Source of the DNA: Perna viridis
Taxonomy: Eukaryota
Direction of reading: 5' to 3'
Assembly (NCBI GenBank): GCA_037379345.1
Contig: CM074515.1
Coordinates: 20,770,001 to 20,834,000, forward strand
Length of the DNA stretch: 64,000 nt
The position numbers were made by a program, and so were the translations under genes. How positions within the stretch are numbered: position 1 is the stretch's first letter; the number at the start of each line of letters is the position of its first letter. Below the pieces are notes generated by a model that was given only the letters and a program-made list of their open reading frames with translations, searched no databases and was not told where the DNA came from. Shown in pieces: positions 11,287-23,348 of this stretch.

Positions 11287-11575
11287 TCCCAGCATCACAG
11301 GATTAAGATCTATAGTTTTATTTTGATAACATTTAATGACACTATCCCCAGTTGAACATTACACTGATTTAATTATCTGCTTTAGACAAGTAAATATTTT
11401 GGTTTGATTGAACTTAAGGAAGTTAGCCATTGGTTAGAGTTAGAATTTTTAATGTTTTATTTATAATTTGTGGGAGGACTTTTTGGGGTGTTATATTCTC
11501 TGTACGTTTTGTATCTTTAGTTAGCTTACCATCATGCTCCGCTCTTGTAACATCGAGCGTTACTTATGTTATTTT

Positions 11576-13164
11576 TAAAATATTGTACCATCTTTATAAC
11601 ATCATAATAAACGATATATTTAGAACAATGGATTAAGTACTTGAAATAGTGGAATAACCAGCTCCTATTATTATTTGGTTGACTTTTCCGGACTTATAAT
11701 TTAATAGTTGAACAACGTGTCCCCAGTTGTTTACATGGTGGAGAATTCCTAGTTGTTCACATGGTGGAGAATTTCTAGTCGTTTACATGGTGAAGAGTCC
11801 CTAGTTATTTACATGGAAAATTTAAAATCATGAATCCATGGGGTCCCTTTGCATTACCAGAAAGTTTTCTTTAATCTACACCACAGAGGCCACACGGACA
11901 AAATGATTAAACAAACCCTTCCAGTTCGGAATTTTCAGAAAACTCTAGAAATGTTTATAATTTATTGGACTCAAGATGCTTTGCAGTCTCCTAAATACAA
12001 AGATGTTTTGCTGAGGCTAACAAGTATGGATGTGTTTTCCATAAATGATTAAACTTTTACATGATCTTTGAAATTTCGGAAATAACCTGTTTCGGGAAGA
12101 TTGACAATGAAAATTCCAAAGCTATAATACCAGGAAAAACACTATAATTGGAGTCTGTGTCATGGTTCCTACTATTCTAAGTACTTTAATACTTCTTAAT
12201 TTGCATAAACAGAAGAATTGCGAATCCCGAATAATGGATTTCATCTGGCTGTATATCACAATGATGACTATATAATGTTTAGTGTAAACCTACGAAACAT
12301 CTTTAGTTTTTGGACTTATTCGAACTTGAGCAATTGTAATGAATAAGTAACATTTATTACCATAAGATAATGTTTATTCTCAATTATCGAACAAAAAAAA
12401 ATATTGTTCCATTTTGTTATGTCTTCAAAGATTATTTTGTAATGTCTTTATATGTTGTATAGTTTTAGTTTGTTTTTGATATACATGTGTTTGTTGTAGT
12501 TTTAACAAAAGAAATAAGGTCTTGTTTCGATTTTATCAGATGGTATATATTTTTTTTTTAACTTTTCAAATCTTTTTAACCTGTTTTTTTATTTTATGAA
12601 ACGCAAAGGTTATAATTCCTGGAAAGTTTATGATGGGATGTAACTTGTGTAGCATGTTTGATGTTTGGAATGCATTTGCCATGGGTTGCAAATTGTGAAG
12701 GTATGGATACTTACTTGTTATGTTGTAATTGGATACTTTTTGTACCAAGTTTTTTTTTTTATGAACTGCAATGGTAACAATGTGTTGATCCATTACACAT
12801 AATTGTTTGAAGTTTGAATAGTGAAATGGTCATGTTGTTAAATATTACATTTTCCGGTATTATATGCTAGAAATTATACATTATGAGAATTAACTATTTT
12901 GTTCATTATGTTGTGTGTGTGTATTGAATCTTTGTTTATCTGTACTGCAGCCCTGGGTAAACAGTGTGAATGTGCTTTGTGTAACTGGAATAAAGAATTT
13001 CGAATTTCGTTATTTGTAAAATATTGTACCATCTTTATAACATCATAATTAACGATATATTTAGAACAATGAAATAGTGGAATGCCCAGCTCCTATTTAT
13101 TATTTGGTTGACTTTTCCGGACTTATAATTTAATCGTTGAACAACGTGTCCCCAGTTGTTTACA
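11576..13164 (+). repeat. ~155-bp direct repeats (11576-11735 and 13017-13164) flanking 1.3 kb, plus a ~26-bp tandem at 11720-11815
   Basis: TAAAATATTGTACCATCTTTATAACATCATAAT...GAACAACGTGTCCCCAGTTGTTTACA is present twice. Confidence 0.8.
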
Positions 13165-13968
13165 GCGAAACATGACTGAAGAGAGAGGGTGGAAATCCAG
13201 TGATTTTCTGTAATAACTTCGAATTTTGAGCATTTTAACAGGACACCATCCCTAGTTGGATCAGCCTATTATATATAGTTTAGTATTTATCATCCTAATG
13301 TTTGCCAAAATAATTGAAAATGAGGTGACGTCAATGTGCTGATGACGTTACAAATATTGTGACGTCGCATAACAGTAGGACAACCGGAAGCCCCTGCGTA
13401 GGAAAATATCTAATCATAGGTGGTTTCTGGGGAAGCCAGTATGGCGGCGTTTTTTTTTTCAGGAAAATTTTGGGACCCACCTTTTTCCAAATTCCCAGAC
13501 TATTACTGCTTAAATAAATAATCGGATCAGCCTGCTATAATATCATAACATGGTCCATCAGAGAGCCACGACTAAGTCAGTATAAACTCAGTAGCATATG
13601 AATAATCTTTTATTATCTGATAAAAATTGCGTGCCAAAAATTAGTTTTTTTTTTATTTGGCAAAAATTGAAGCGACGAACTTTCGTGACTCTCGTAAGGA
13701 GTACTCGCGATGAAATCTGATTTCAAAGATTTTAATGAGCTCATAATCCCTTAAATCCCTGAGGTAACATTTTTTTGTACCTAATTTGAAATATCATTTT
13801 TTTTACGAAAATATACAGGATTTTGGGACCGCCATGTAAGTTACATTTATTTTCACCATCTTGTATGAATTACAATGTACTTCCCTTAAATGTTGTCATA
13901 ATGTCAATGACTGTTAGTATCTTCCTCATGGAATTAAATAACTTGATTGCACTGAGTATGTCAGTTTT

Positions 13969-14137
13969 CAGTGGCGGATCCAAAGTGTAAGGTAAGGGGG
14001 AGGGGAGGAGGGGCAAAAAATATCTATTGACAGGATCACCGGTGATGTTCATGAAGTAAGAGTTTTTCATGACAAAAACACAATTTTTCAACAATTTTTT
14101 TTTCTAAGGGGGCCCGGGCCCCCTGGATCCACCACTG
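13969..14137. mobile_element. MITE with CAGTGG termini and 5-bp TSD
   Basis: CAGTGGCGGATCCA / TGGATCCACCACTG; GTTTT at 13964-13968 and 14138-14142. Confidence 0.75.
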
Positions 14138-14361
14138 GTTTTGGGTGCAAGTATTCAGCTTATGGTAAATATTTTAATGCATTGCATGAATTTGGATTGC
14201 AACTACACAAATTTTACACGAGTAGTGTATACATGTACATGTCAGGGGCCGCACTGGGCTTCGCCAATGTCGCAATTAGCGATTTTTAATTTTATTGCGA
14301 CAAAAATAACCGTTGGCGATTTTCTTGGCGCCTAGGTTTTGTATATTAAAATTGATGGGAT

Positions 14362-14879
14362 GTTTGTTTGTTTGTTGGGGTTTAACGTCCGAGCAGCAAT
14401 ATTTCAGCTATATTCAGACGATGAACATGAAATTGATGATAAAATGAATATGAAATGATGATGGAATGAAAAAGGGGTGGGACACAAGGACAATCGGGTC
14501 GACAAATTTTGATTGCAAATGGAAATAGGGAGAGGTGGGTAGGGTCGGGCAATTTAGCCTCCTGTGGTGGAGCCCTATGGTTCCCACTCCGGGAGAATAC
14601 CACAGTAGGGTTCTTTAACGTGCGAGGAACGTGGCATCTTTCCCAACACGGTGCACCACTATGGTTTGCGGTCAGGTTTTCCGTATTATAGCCTGACAAC
14701 CCCAGCATGTAACACGCCAGGGGTACCCCATTCCACCACCTGGGGCACACATCCCAGTTGCTCTGTGGGCAGAACGCCCTAGCCCCCGGCTAAGGTTCTG
14801 AGCACTATTTAGTCGCCTTTTACGACAAGCTTAGCGCTGCTGCAAGCTTATTCCTTTAACACCCGGACCTGCACGGGGC
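14362..14879 (-). mobile_element. Non-autonomous non-LTR (SINE-like) element with (CAAA)n tail and highly structured 5' end
   Basis: GC-rich island in AT-rich DNA. Minus-strand 3' end is GGACGTTAAACCCCAACAAACAAACAAAC. Degenerate ~18-bp TSD (14348-14365 vs 14880-14897). Confidence 0.7.
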
Positions 14880-17800
14880 AAAATTGGCAGGAAGTTTATA
14901 AGCAACCGATATTCTCTCTAATTAAACAATTGTGTAGACACCTGGTCAGAGATAATTGACTATGACCAATATTAATTTACGATTATAAAGGCAATTAATT
15001 GTAATTAGATCAGGCGACCGTGACTGACAATATGGGAGGTGTCAATCAAATGTAGATATATTATTGAGCCAATCAAAACTCTCATCATCTGGTCAAAGGT
15101 GAACGCAATTAAGGCCATGTGCACGTGGCTACACACAATTTTCACAGCCCTATTTAATCATGTAATACATTCAGAAACAGACTTACTTAATAACAGAATG
15201 AATTAAATCCAATTAACAATGATTATTCCATCAGGAAGTGTCTAAATACTTAGAAATGAAAGAATTGATACAAGAAAATGGATGACATTTGTTTACACTT
15301 TTGCCATGTGACTTTTTTGGCGGGAAACCTGGTAAACAAATAGAATGGGGGTTCCCAAAATCAAATTAAGGAAATACTATTCAGATATCAAGATAATTAA
15401 ACAGGGACACAATTAATGGTCCATGCTACAAAATGTAGCTCGATAGAAATTTTGTCACTTGAAAAAAAAAAAGAATCACGTTTTTAAAAATGTAATAATA
15501 AAAAATAATAAATTATATTGTATTAGATAAATTAGACATGTATTTGTAGACAATAAACAGATTTATTTACACGAGTAAAAGTTTGTCAAACAGGGCTTAA
15601 TGTTAGTGTTAATGCATTGATAAAATTTTACCAATATTGTACATGTACATGATATGTTTCCTTTACTCTCACATTTTGAAGTTGATTTGGTTGCATTTTC
15701 CTTTGATCTTTCCAACTTAAGCCAAATCTTACACATCTGCATCTTGAAAGGTTGACAGCCCAGCTGCCCAGGGTTTTAAAAATTTGTTTATAAATTTTTA
15801 TATCCGTCTTTTCAGGTAGAAGGATACAGTCTCTTGGAATGCCAGTTATCAACTTATCATGCCTGAAATGGTTATACATCTGTCAAACCTTTATTTTTAA
15901 TACGAACTGTATTGGTTTGCAGTGTAGATGCTATTTTGAGTATGAAATTCACAGCACACGGAATGTTATTGACCAGTTTGTTTTTGTTAGTTTGTTTATT
16001 TTATGTTTAATCTAATTTTTCTCTTCATACTAATCAGTTCTGCATGCATTGTTTGAAAGTGGGTCATACAGTGGCAAAATTACAAAACTATATTTTATTG
16101 ATTAATCCTTTTTTTTTTGTAAGATATTTCTTCATATTTTTCACCATACTGAAATATAGAAGGCTATGAAAGGAAGAAAAGGCTAATATGTATTTTCTTT
16201 AATGTGCCCCTCTTAAACCTTGCTAGCAAGTTATATACATGTACAACTAAGGCGCCATATCCTATTTGAGAGATAAAAGGTTTTGGATAACAGCTGCAAT
16301 TAACAATTTAACAACTGGATTTTTTCCATCCTTAGGTCTTCCTCTAACTACTATATATCTCATTGATAGTTATTTTTTTTATTTTTCTCAATGATTATCT
16401 CAACTTCTGTGACCTTTTATTACAAATTAAAAGTTGTGAGAATAAATGCACAGCACAAACATTTACACATCTTTACACAATTATTATTATATGATAAGGG
16501 GAAACGTGACTGACATTGTACTGCATCATTAGTTCCTCTTATAAAATGAAATTTACATGTACATGTTGGTGAAATTCCACATCTAAAACCTTTTTTTCTA
16601 ATAGTTTTCCTAGCAAAATTAAATACATATTGTGTTTGATTAACTGAAAGATTTAAAAATTTCGGTAATATAATAATTAAATACGTAATCTTTGTCTGAA
16701 CAACTAGAAAGTTTTTTTTACCACAAAGTTGTTCATAATAGTATACAAGTACTGGTATAACATGTATGTACAAGTTTGCAACTGATAGATTTTAGTGGGG
16801 TGCATGATAAATTTACATATGAGCTCTGCTTTTTGTTCTAATATATTGACATACAAGTACATTTACAGCTCATGTTTATAATGTCAACTTGAATTTAGGC
16901 CCTCAATATAGTTACTGCAACTGAATTAGTATGAGAATAGTATAATAATGTGACCTTTTTAAGATTTTAATACAAAAATTTGATATTGAAAAAAAATCTG
17001 TCATACATGTACAGGTACTGTCATTTATAAGTCTGCATCAAGGTCTTTCATCGCCCTTTGTCTTTGCTAAGTTCCATGTTGATTGAGGCATGTACATGTA
17101 TACCTACATGTAACTCATGGAATATGTTTCTTTCATTTGATATTAGCATTTCTATGTTTCCTAAAATTTGTTGTATCCCTGAAAAAAAGTAAAAAATTTA
17201 CTTATCACATGAAATATGTTATTAAAAACTACATGTACATGCATACCAAGCCTTTGCCAAACGGTTAAGTTTTGAGTATGTAGCAGGAAGAATAATAAAT
17301 AAGCCTATTTTAAAGTTCTTTTTAATAAATTATCATGATTACAAGGAATGTAAAACAGATATCTATATTGAGAGTGCTTTAGTATGCACACCTTTCAATG
17401 CAATATGTTAAATTTGGCTTAATTCCATCTACACTTCTTAAAACTACAATGTTCAATAACCTTTTATATGACTATATGTACTACATGTATATAAATTTAA
17501 ACTAAAATGCAAAGTGTTTGATGAATTACTGTCATATACATTGTAAGGGTCTGGCATATTTTGACAACTTATTTAAATTTAATTTTCCCATAAAGAAAGA
17601 ATAGTGATATAGGATTTGATCATTAATAACAAATAAAAGCAAACCTCCCAACATAAAAAAGTGCAGAGGTTGGTTATCATCCCTATACAAAGAGATGAAA
17701 TGGGGGGGGGGGGGAGGGGGGTCATGATAGTGAGAATCATGTTTGTCTACAGCCAAAACCTTGTATTCTTTAAATAACTAGAGCAGATATATCATTCAAC

Positions 17801-19024
17801 AATAGTTTGTTGGCTCTCTCACACAGCCTTTCATGGTGGAGTGCCTTTCTCTGGTTTTTGTTTGAACTTTAAAAAGCATGCTTAGTTAGTTCACGAACAT
17901 AGGTATTAGGATGGCATTTGGAATGATCAACAACTAAAACTATTTTACATACTGAGGTGTGCAGCATGTATGAGTGTGTTTCACCAGTACAGTAAAAGAT
18001 TTGATTTTTTTCTATGCAAGTTTTGGAAATACAATTAACAAAAATGAATACAAAAAGGTGCAAAACATGAAAATATTTACAAGTAATTGTAAACAATACT
18101 ACGTACTGCATGACACATGCATGGACTGATGAGAATATTCCTACCTACTTGTCGGAGCAATTTTGTCATAACTCAGACTAGAAACAACGCATACTGTGTC
18201 TATTTAACAAATTCCAAAATACCGATTAGACTGTAGATCTGCATACTGGAAAAGTCGTTTGATGCGTCAACATTCGAGTAACACCAAACACATGCCATTT
18301 CAATCGCGTGTAATTTAAAAGTAAAATCAGACAGCGATCGAGCCAGTTTTGGGGCCATAAATATTCAACTACAATGCTTTTTAATATACTTTCTAATGAC
18401 GTCATTGTAGATTTAAAAGTAGTTTTTTAAGTTTTAAATTGTCCAATAGAGTGCCAACGAGAAGCATCAAACCGATATTTAAAATTTCATAGGAAAATCT
18501 ACCAAAAAATACAACCCTCATTTAAAATTAGATATGTTTTTTTGTTCAACCGGGACTCCCATTCGGACTTATACGAAAATGTAGCCAGAATTTCAGTTTT
18601 GATATTGCCAACTTTCAAGAAAATCCAGTTTTTGTACCTAATTCGCGTAAATTATTTTCTGATCATGTGGTTAAGTGTCTGAATTTTTTGCACGAAAAAA
18701 AATTAATTAATCGTAGGTTGTTTTTTTAAAAGAAAAGTAGAAAGACTACTTTCAAAAGATCTAAATTTTCCATGGCGAAAACATCATAGCTTTCCGTCAA
18801 TTGGATGCAACACAGTAATGACTTAAACATGACATAGTCATTTTCAACGTCATTTTCCGAACGGCCAATACACTCGAAATAGTCCAAACGTCGCGGAAGG
18901 ACACAGACTAGGACGGATCACATTTTTGGTCTAAAATGCACTTCCGGTTGTCCTACTGTAAGACAACAAAGTCAAACATGTATTTTTCAAAATGTCCATG
19001 CTATCCTCAAGGTAGACCAGCTGT

Positions 19025-19504
19025 TCATAGTAAACATTACTGTAATTATACTGGAAAAATGTAGTACTGAAACAATACTGTAAAACACAATACTGAAAAC
19101 TTACTGAAACATACAGTACTGAAAATGTACTGTTTAACACAGTACAGAAAATGCGTTGTAAAAGCCAGTACTGAAAACGTACTGTAAACTTCAGTAAAGA
19201 AACAGTACCGGGAAATTCAGTAATGGAACAGTACTTTAAAATTCAGTATTGAAACAGTACTGTAAATGACAGTAATGGAACAGTACTGTAAAATTCAGTA
19301 ATGAAACAGTACTGTAAAGGACAGTAATGAAACAGTATTGTAAAATTCAGTAATGATACTGTACTGTAAATAACATTACTGTAAAAACACTACTTTAACG
19401 TCAATGTAAATTGCAGTACTGTTTCAGTAGTCATTACAACAGTACAGTTTCAGTACAAAATAGTAATGTGTTAGTTTAGCGTTGGTAAATTATTATTGTA
19501 AGTG
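19025..19504 (-). repeat. Right subterminal 26-bp array plus TIR of the 19-kb element
   Basis: Repeats of CAGTAATG(G/A)AACAGTACTGTAAAATT, the reverse complement of the left array. Confidence 0.9.
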
Positions 19505-19775
19505 TATATAGCGGAAACTGAGATAAACGGATGTAGCTTAACGATGTTCTTTCTTTCGGATCAGATCAGCTGTAATGACATCATTATAAGAGTGTAGGAA
19601 TAGGTCAGCAAGTAGAGAAGCAAAATTTGTTCACATCGGAATGCCGACCGTTTGTTGAAATCGCTTCCACCACAATGGACAAATATTTTATCGACATAAA
19701 ATTCGAGCATTTTGAAAACATCTTCTGTATATTTGGAAGAGGATTTGGAAATATTTTTTACAATGAATATGAAAT
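19505..19775 (-). pseudogene. Penelope-like RT, N-terminal continuation of 1-450 (5'-truncated)
   Basis: Minus strand KYTEDVFKMLEFYVDKIFVHCGG / FQQTVGIPM*TNFASLLADLFLHSY ... SVYLSFRYI, i.e. PLE RT motifs 4-5. Confidence 0.85.
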
Positions 19776-20392
19776 TCACGTATTTCATTCATTCCGGCAT
19801 CATAAGAAGAGATTTCAGCTAAGCACCTTGCAATGTGGTTTCAACAATGCCCTTTGGCCCTTGCGTTGTTGTATCAGACGACAAAATAAAAGATTTTGTA
19901 AAATCTATCCAAACGTCTTTATCGAAACGTCACAGTTGAATATGCTGTGACGTCGTCATAACGTTGAATTTGAATGTATACAGCCTCCATACGACAGGTA
20001 AGGATAATACAAAATATCGCATATAAAAAAGACGTAGCAAAGGGTAAAAAAAAAAGACAAAAAAGGGGGATCCGGAGGGTATACTCCTTTCTGTGGAGGT
20101 TCAGGTGTAGCTGAGCCCATACTTGTTTTGATTCTTAAGTTTTTGCGATAATCTGGCTAGTGTTACCATTTTAATTCAGTGCTGCATGATCAAGTCATTC
20201 CGTCAAAACTTTCTGCAAACATATATAGACTCTGTAACTCTGTAGCTCTGTAAATCTTGAACGAGCCTCGCGTTTTACCCCGATTCGAAGCCTCACCCAT
20301 ATGTTGTTTTTATTTCTAGTCAATATACAGTTATTTTCTTTATACTGCAATCCTTATCATTTTTAAATCAAGTTATATTTTTATACGACGTG

Positions 20393-21587
20393 TTTTTAGC
20401 TCATCTGACCGAAGGCCAGGTGAGCTACTGCCATCAATTGGCGTCCGTCGTCGTCGTTAACAATTTTCCAAAACTCTTCTCATCTGACACTACTTGACCA
20501 ATTTGAACCAAACTTGTAATAAATGTTCCTTAGGGTATCCTGCATAGAACTGATGTGGGGATTTTTGATCCGATTAAAAACATGGCCGCCGTTACTTAAA
20601 ATAGAACAGAGGGGTCAGACAGTAGTTTTTCGCATATATCTCCAAAACCGTTAGGTTTAGCTAAATTCTGAATTGTGGGTAAAAGTGTTCAGCGTAATAT
20701 CTATCTGTGGTCATTTTTTCATTTTAATCCGTTAAGCCATGTTGGAGTTATTGCCTTTTTTTCAACATTTTCTGCTATTTTTTTTTATGTTATTTCTTTC
20801 AAAAATCTTTTCCTCTGACACTACTTGACCAATTTGAACCAAACTTGATATGAATGTTCCTTGGGGCATTCTGCATAGAACTGATATGGGGATATTTGAT
20901 CTGTCGAAAAACATGGCCGCCGTTACTAAAAATAGAGCAGATGGGTCAGACAGTATTTTTTCGCATATATCTCCAAAACCGTTAGGTTTAGCTAAATTCT
21001 GGCATGCGGTAAAAGTGTTCAGCATGATGAGATCTATCTGTGGTCAATTTTCATTTTAATTCGTTAATCCATGTTGGAGTTTTTGCCCTTTTTAAACATT
21101 TTTTGCTATTTTTTGCTATTTCTTTCAAAACTCTCCTCTGACACTACTTGACCAATTGGAACCAAACTTTGTATGAATGTTCCTTAGGATATCCTGCATA
21201 GAACTGTGGTGGGGATTTTTGATCTGTCGAAAAAGATAGAACATAAGGATCAGTCAGTAGTTTTTCGCATGTATCTCCAAAACCGTTAGGCTTAGCCAAA
21301 TTCTTTCAAAAGCTGAAATTATCCTTATTATTAAAACTACAAAAATCTTTAGGGATAAAACTTGTCAGACGATTCCTTGTAAGAGTTATTGCCCTTGAAA
21401 AGGGAATAATTATAGTTTTTTTTTTTTTTTTTTGTTTTTTTTTTGTTTTTGTTTTGTTTTTTTTTTTTTTTTTACAGTTTTCAGTTAATATCTTGAAAAC
21501 TATGATAGAAATTCTTCTTAAATTTACCCCCCTTGAAAGACAAAATTGAGCAAGGTGAGCAATTCAGGCTCCTGGGAGCCTCTTGTT
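20393..21587 (+). mobile_element. Helentron-associated HINE with ~330-bp internal tandem repeats
   Basis: 5' TTTTTAGCTCATCTG..CAGGTGAGCT hairpin/subTIR and CGTCCGTCGTCGTCG microsatellite; CTGACACTACTTGACC recurs at 20484, 20815 and 21138; 3' AGGTGAGC subTIR followed by hairpin AGGCTCC-TG-GGAGCCT and CTTGTT. Confidence 0.85.
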
Positions 21588-23348
21588 TTCTCATTTCTTC
21601 CCTATTTGTGGCCCCCGATAGTGACGCTACGATAAACAGGTATTTCATGCAAAAGAAGGATAGTGCTATATACTGTCACTGACCATACATCATCAATAAA
21701 TATACAGCCAACAGATTTTGGTTGCTCAAATAGAACGATTGCAATATAAAGCCGATTAAAATACTGCTTTTTTAATGTAACTCTGAAAATCATGCATTTA
21801 CTGACGGAAACGGAAGTATATAAAGTTTTCCCAATTTTTAGAATCAATCTCATTTGGTAGCTGATGTAATTTTCTTAAAACCGCGGGAATTATTTTCGAA
21901 AATTTTTTCTTGTCAGTTATCAGAATATTTTTTTTTTTGTGCGATTTGTTTTGTCTGTTTACAAGTTTCTTTGTTTTTGTTTGTTGTTTTTTTTTCTGTG
22001 TCGGAAGACCATCTTCGCTACTTCAAACAGTATTATTTTTTTATGGAATACGCTTCCATGTAAAATTATGTTTATTGCTGATTTAATAAAGTTAAGGGTG
22101 CACTTTACAGTTACATTAAGGTGCATTGTTTCGCACACAAAGTTACCCCCTTCAAATTTTGTAAAACTTAAACTGAAAAGTTATATTTTGGTGGATATAT
22201 TGTTTAAATGTTGTTAAGCATTTATACATAGACCGATGTAATACATGTATATGTAATAGTAAAGTGGTATAATTTAAATGAAGAATGGTATTCGGAACGC
22301 TTCAGTCCCCTGTCGTATTAGGTTCTCTCCTCAGCATAAATGGCTGATTTTCAAAATACCTTATTTCGCACGAACTTTTGGAACTAAAATTGTGAGCGAA
22401 TGAATCGAAAAGGGTCTTATTATTTTTACCCTTTTCCACCTACTCCATGCCTGCTTTCATCATGTGGTTAGTGTCTGATATTTTATAAAACATAGTCTTT
22501 AGCTGTTAGTTTTGGAAAGGCACCCCTATTTTGTACTAACACTAAGTAATATTTTTTTCAGTATGTTACCATGGCTACTGGATTTTATAAGAATAATCAC
22601 TAAATTACTTATAAATAACTTGAACCTCCACACACCAAGGTTTTCAAAAATATGCATTTTTTATGACAAAACACTGGAAATTTCTGTGCGGACTGCCAGA
22701 AAACAGCTTTATTTAAACAAAATGAGACCAACTTTTCAGAAATGACCTAACTGTATTGTACTACCTAATTCATTAATAAACGTAACTCAATGGTTGGGTT
22801 GTTATAAAATACTCAGAAAAGCCGGAATTAAGAATGTTAGGATTTCTACTTTGTTATGGGAACCTATTTTCGCCACCTTTTATACAAAATGTTCTATTTT
22901 GACAATAAATCAATGAAAAATATTTGTCAAGTGTATCTTCAAAGTACTCCAAAATTTGATGAAAAAAAAAGAAGAATCCAATGGAATAAACTTCATTTCA
23001 CTTCATTTCAAAAGTGAAGCATCCGTATGCATTATTTGCATATAATGCGCGACGGCCATGGACTTCATTAATATTGCATAAAACGGGACGTTTCATTACC
23101 TGGACATTCCCACCCTTGGACCCGCTAAGTACTGCTGTTTATCTAGGACGTCGATTTCCAATTTTATAATGTAAAAGTGGGGCGGTAAGAAAAATGCGAA
23201 ATTTGCCCAAGTTGCCAATGAATAAGTATCAATCAACATGATAAGTGTCGTTTATTTTAGCCCATGTGCAAATGCGAGAATTTACTGAAATTGTTTAACA
23301 TCTCACATGTAACTGACAGTAAAAAAAAGTCACATACGCCCAACGGTA

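Larger units (their letters stand above)
13373..18958. mobile_element. Possible nested ~5.6-kb element with short TIRs (CAGTAGGACAACCGGAAG)
   Basis: ACAGTAGGACAACCGGAAG at 13372-13390 and its exact reverse complement at 18941-18959; right flank TA, left flank AA. Confidence 0.4.
451..19504. mobile_element. ~19-kb TIR DNA transposon (CMC/EnSpm-like or unclassified), TA target-site duplication, apparently non-autonomous, with Myb/SANT cargo and nested insertions
   Basis: Left end CAGTACCAATAATTTACCAACGTTTAACTAACACATTTCTATTTTGTACTGAAACTGTACTG matches the reverse complement of the right end (CACTTACAATAATAATTTACCAACGCTAAACTAACACATTACTATTTTGTACTGAAACTGTACTG). TA lies at 449-450 and 19505-19506. 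Removing the element plus one TA restores TTC CGC TAT ATA GAT GAC (FRYIDD) of the RT. Confidence 0.88.

Noticed and set aside
14382-14750. 122-aa ORF
   Set aside because: Lies within a GC-rich SINE-like element; no recognisable domain.
15628-15879. 83-aa minus-strand ORF as a cargo exon
   Set aside because: No recognisable homology and no convincing phase-compatible partner exon.
451-19504. Maverick/Polinton or endogenous virus because of the ~19-kb size
   Set aside because: TSD is 2 bp rather than 6, there are no AG-repeat termini, and no polB, integrase, ATPase or capsid ORFs are present.
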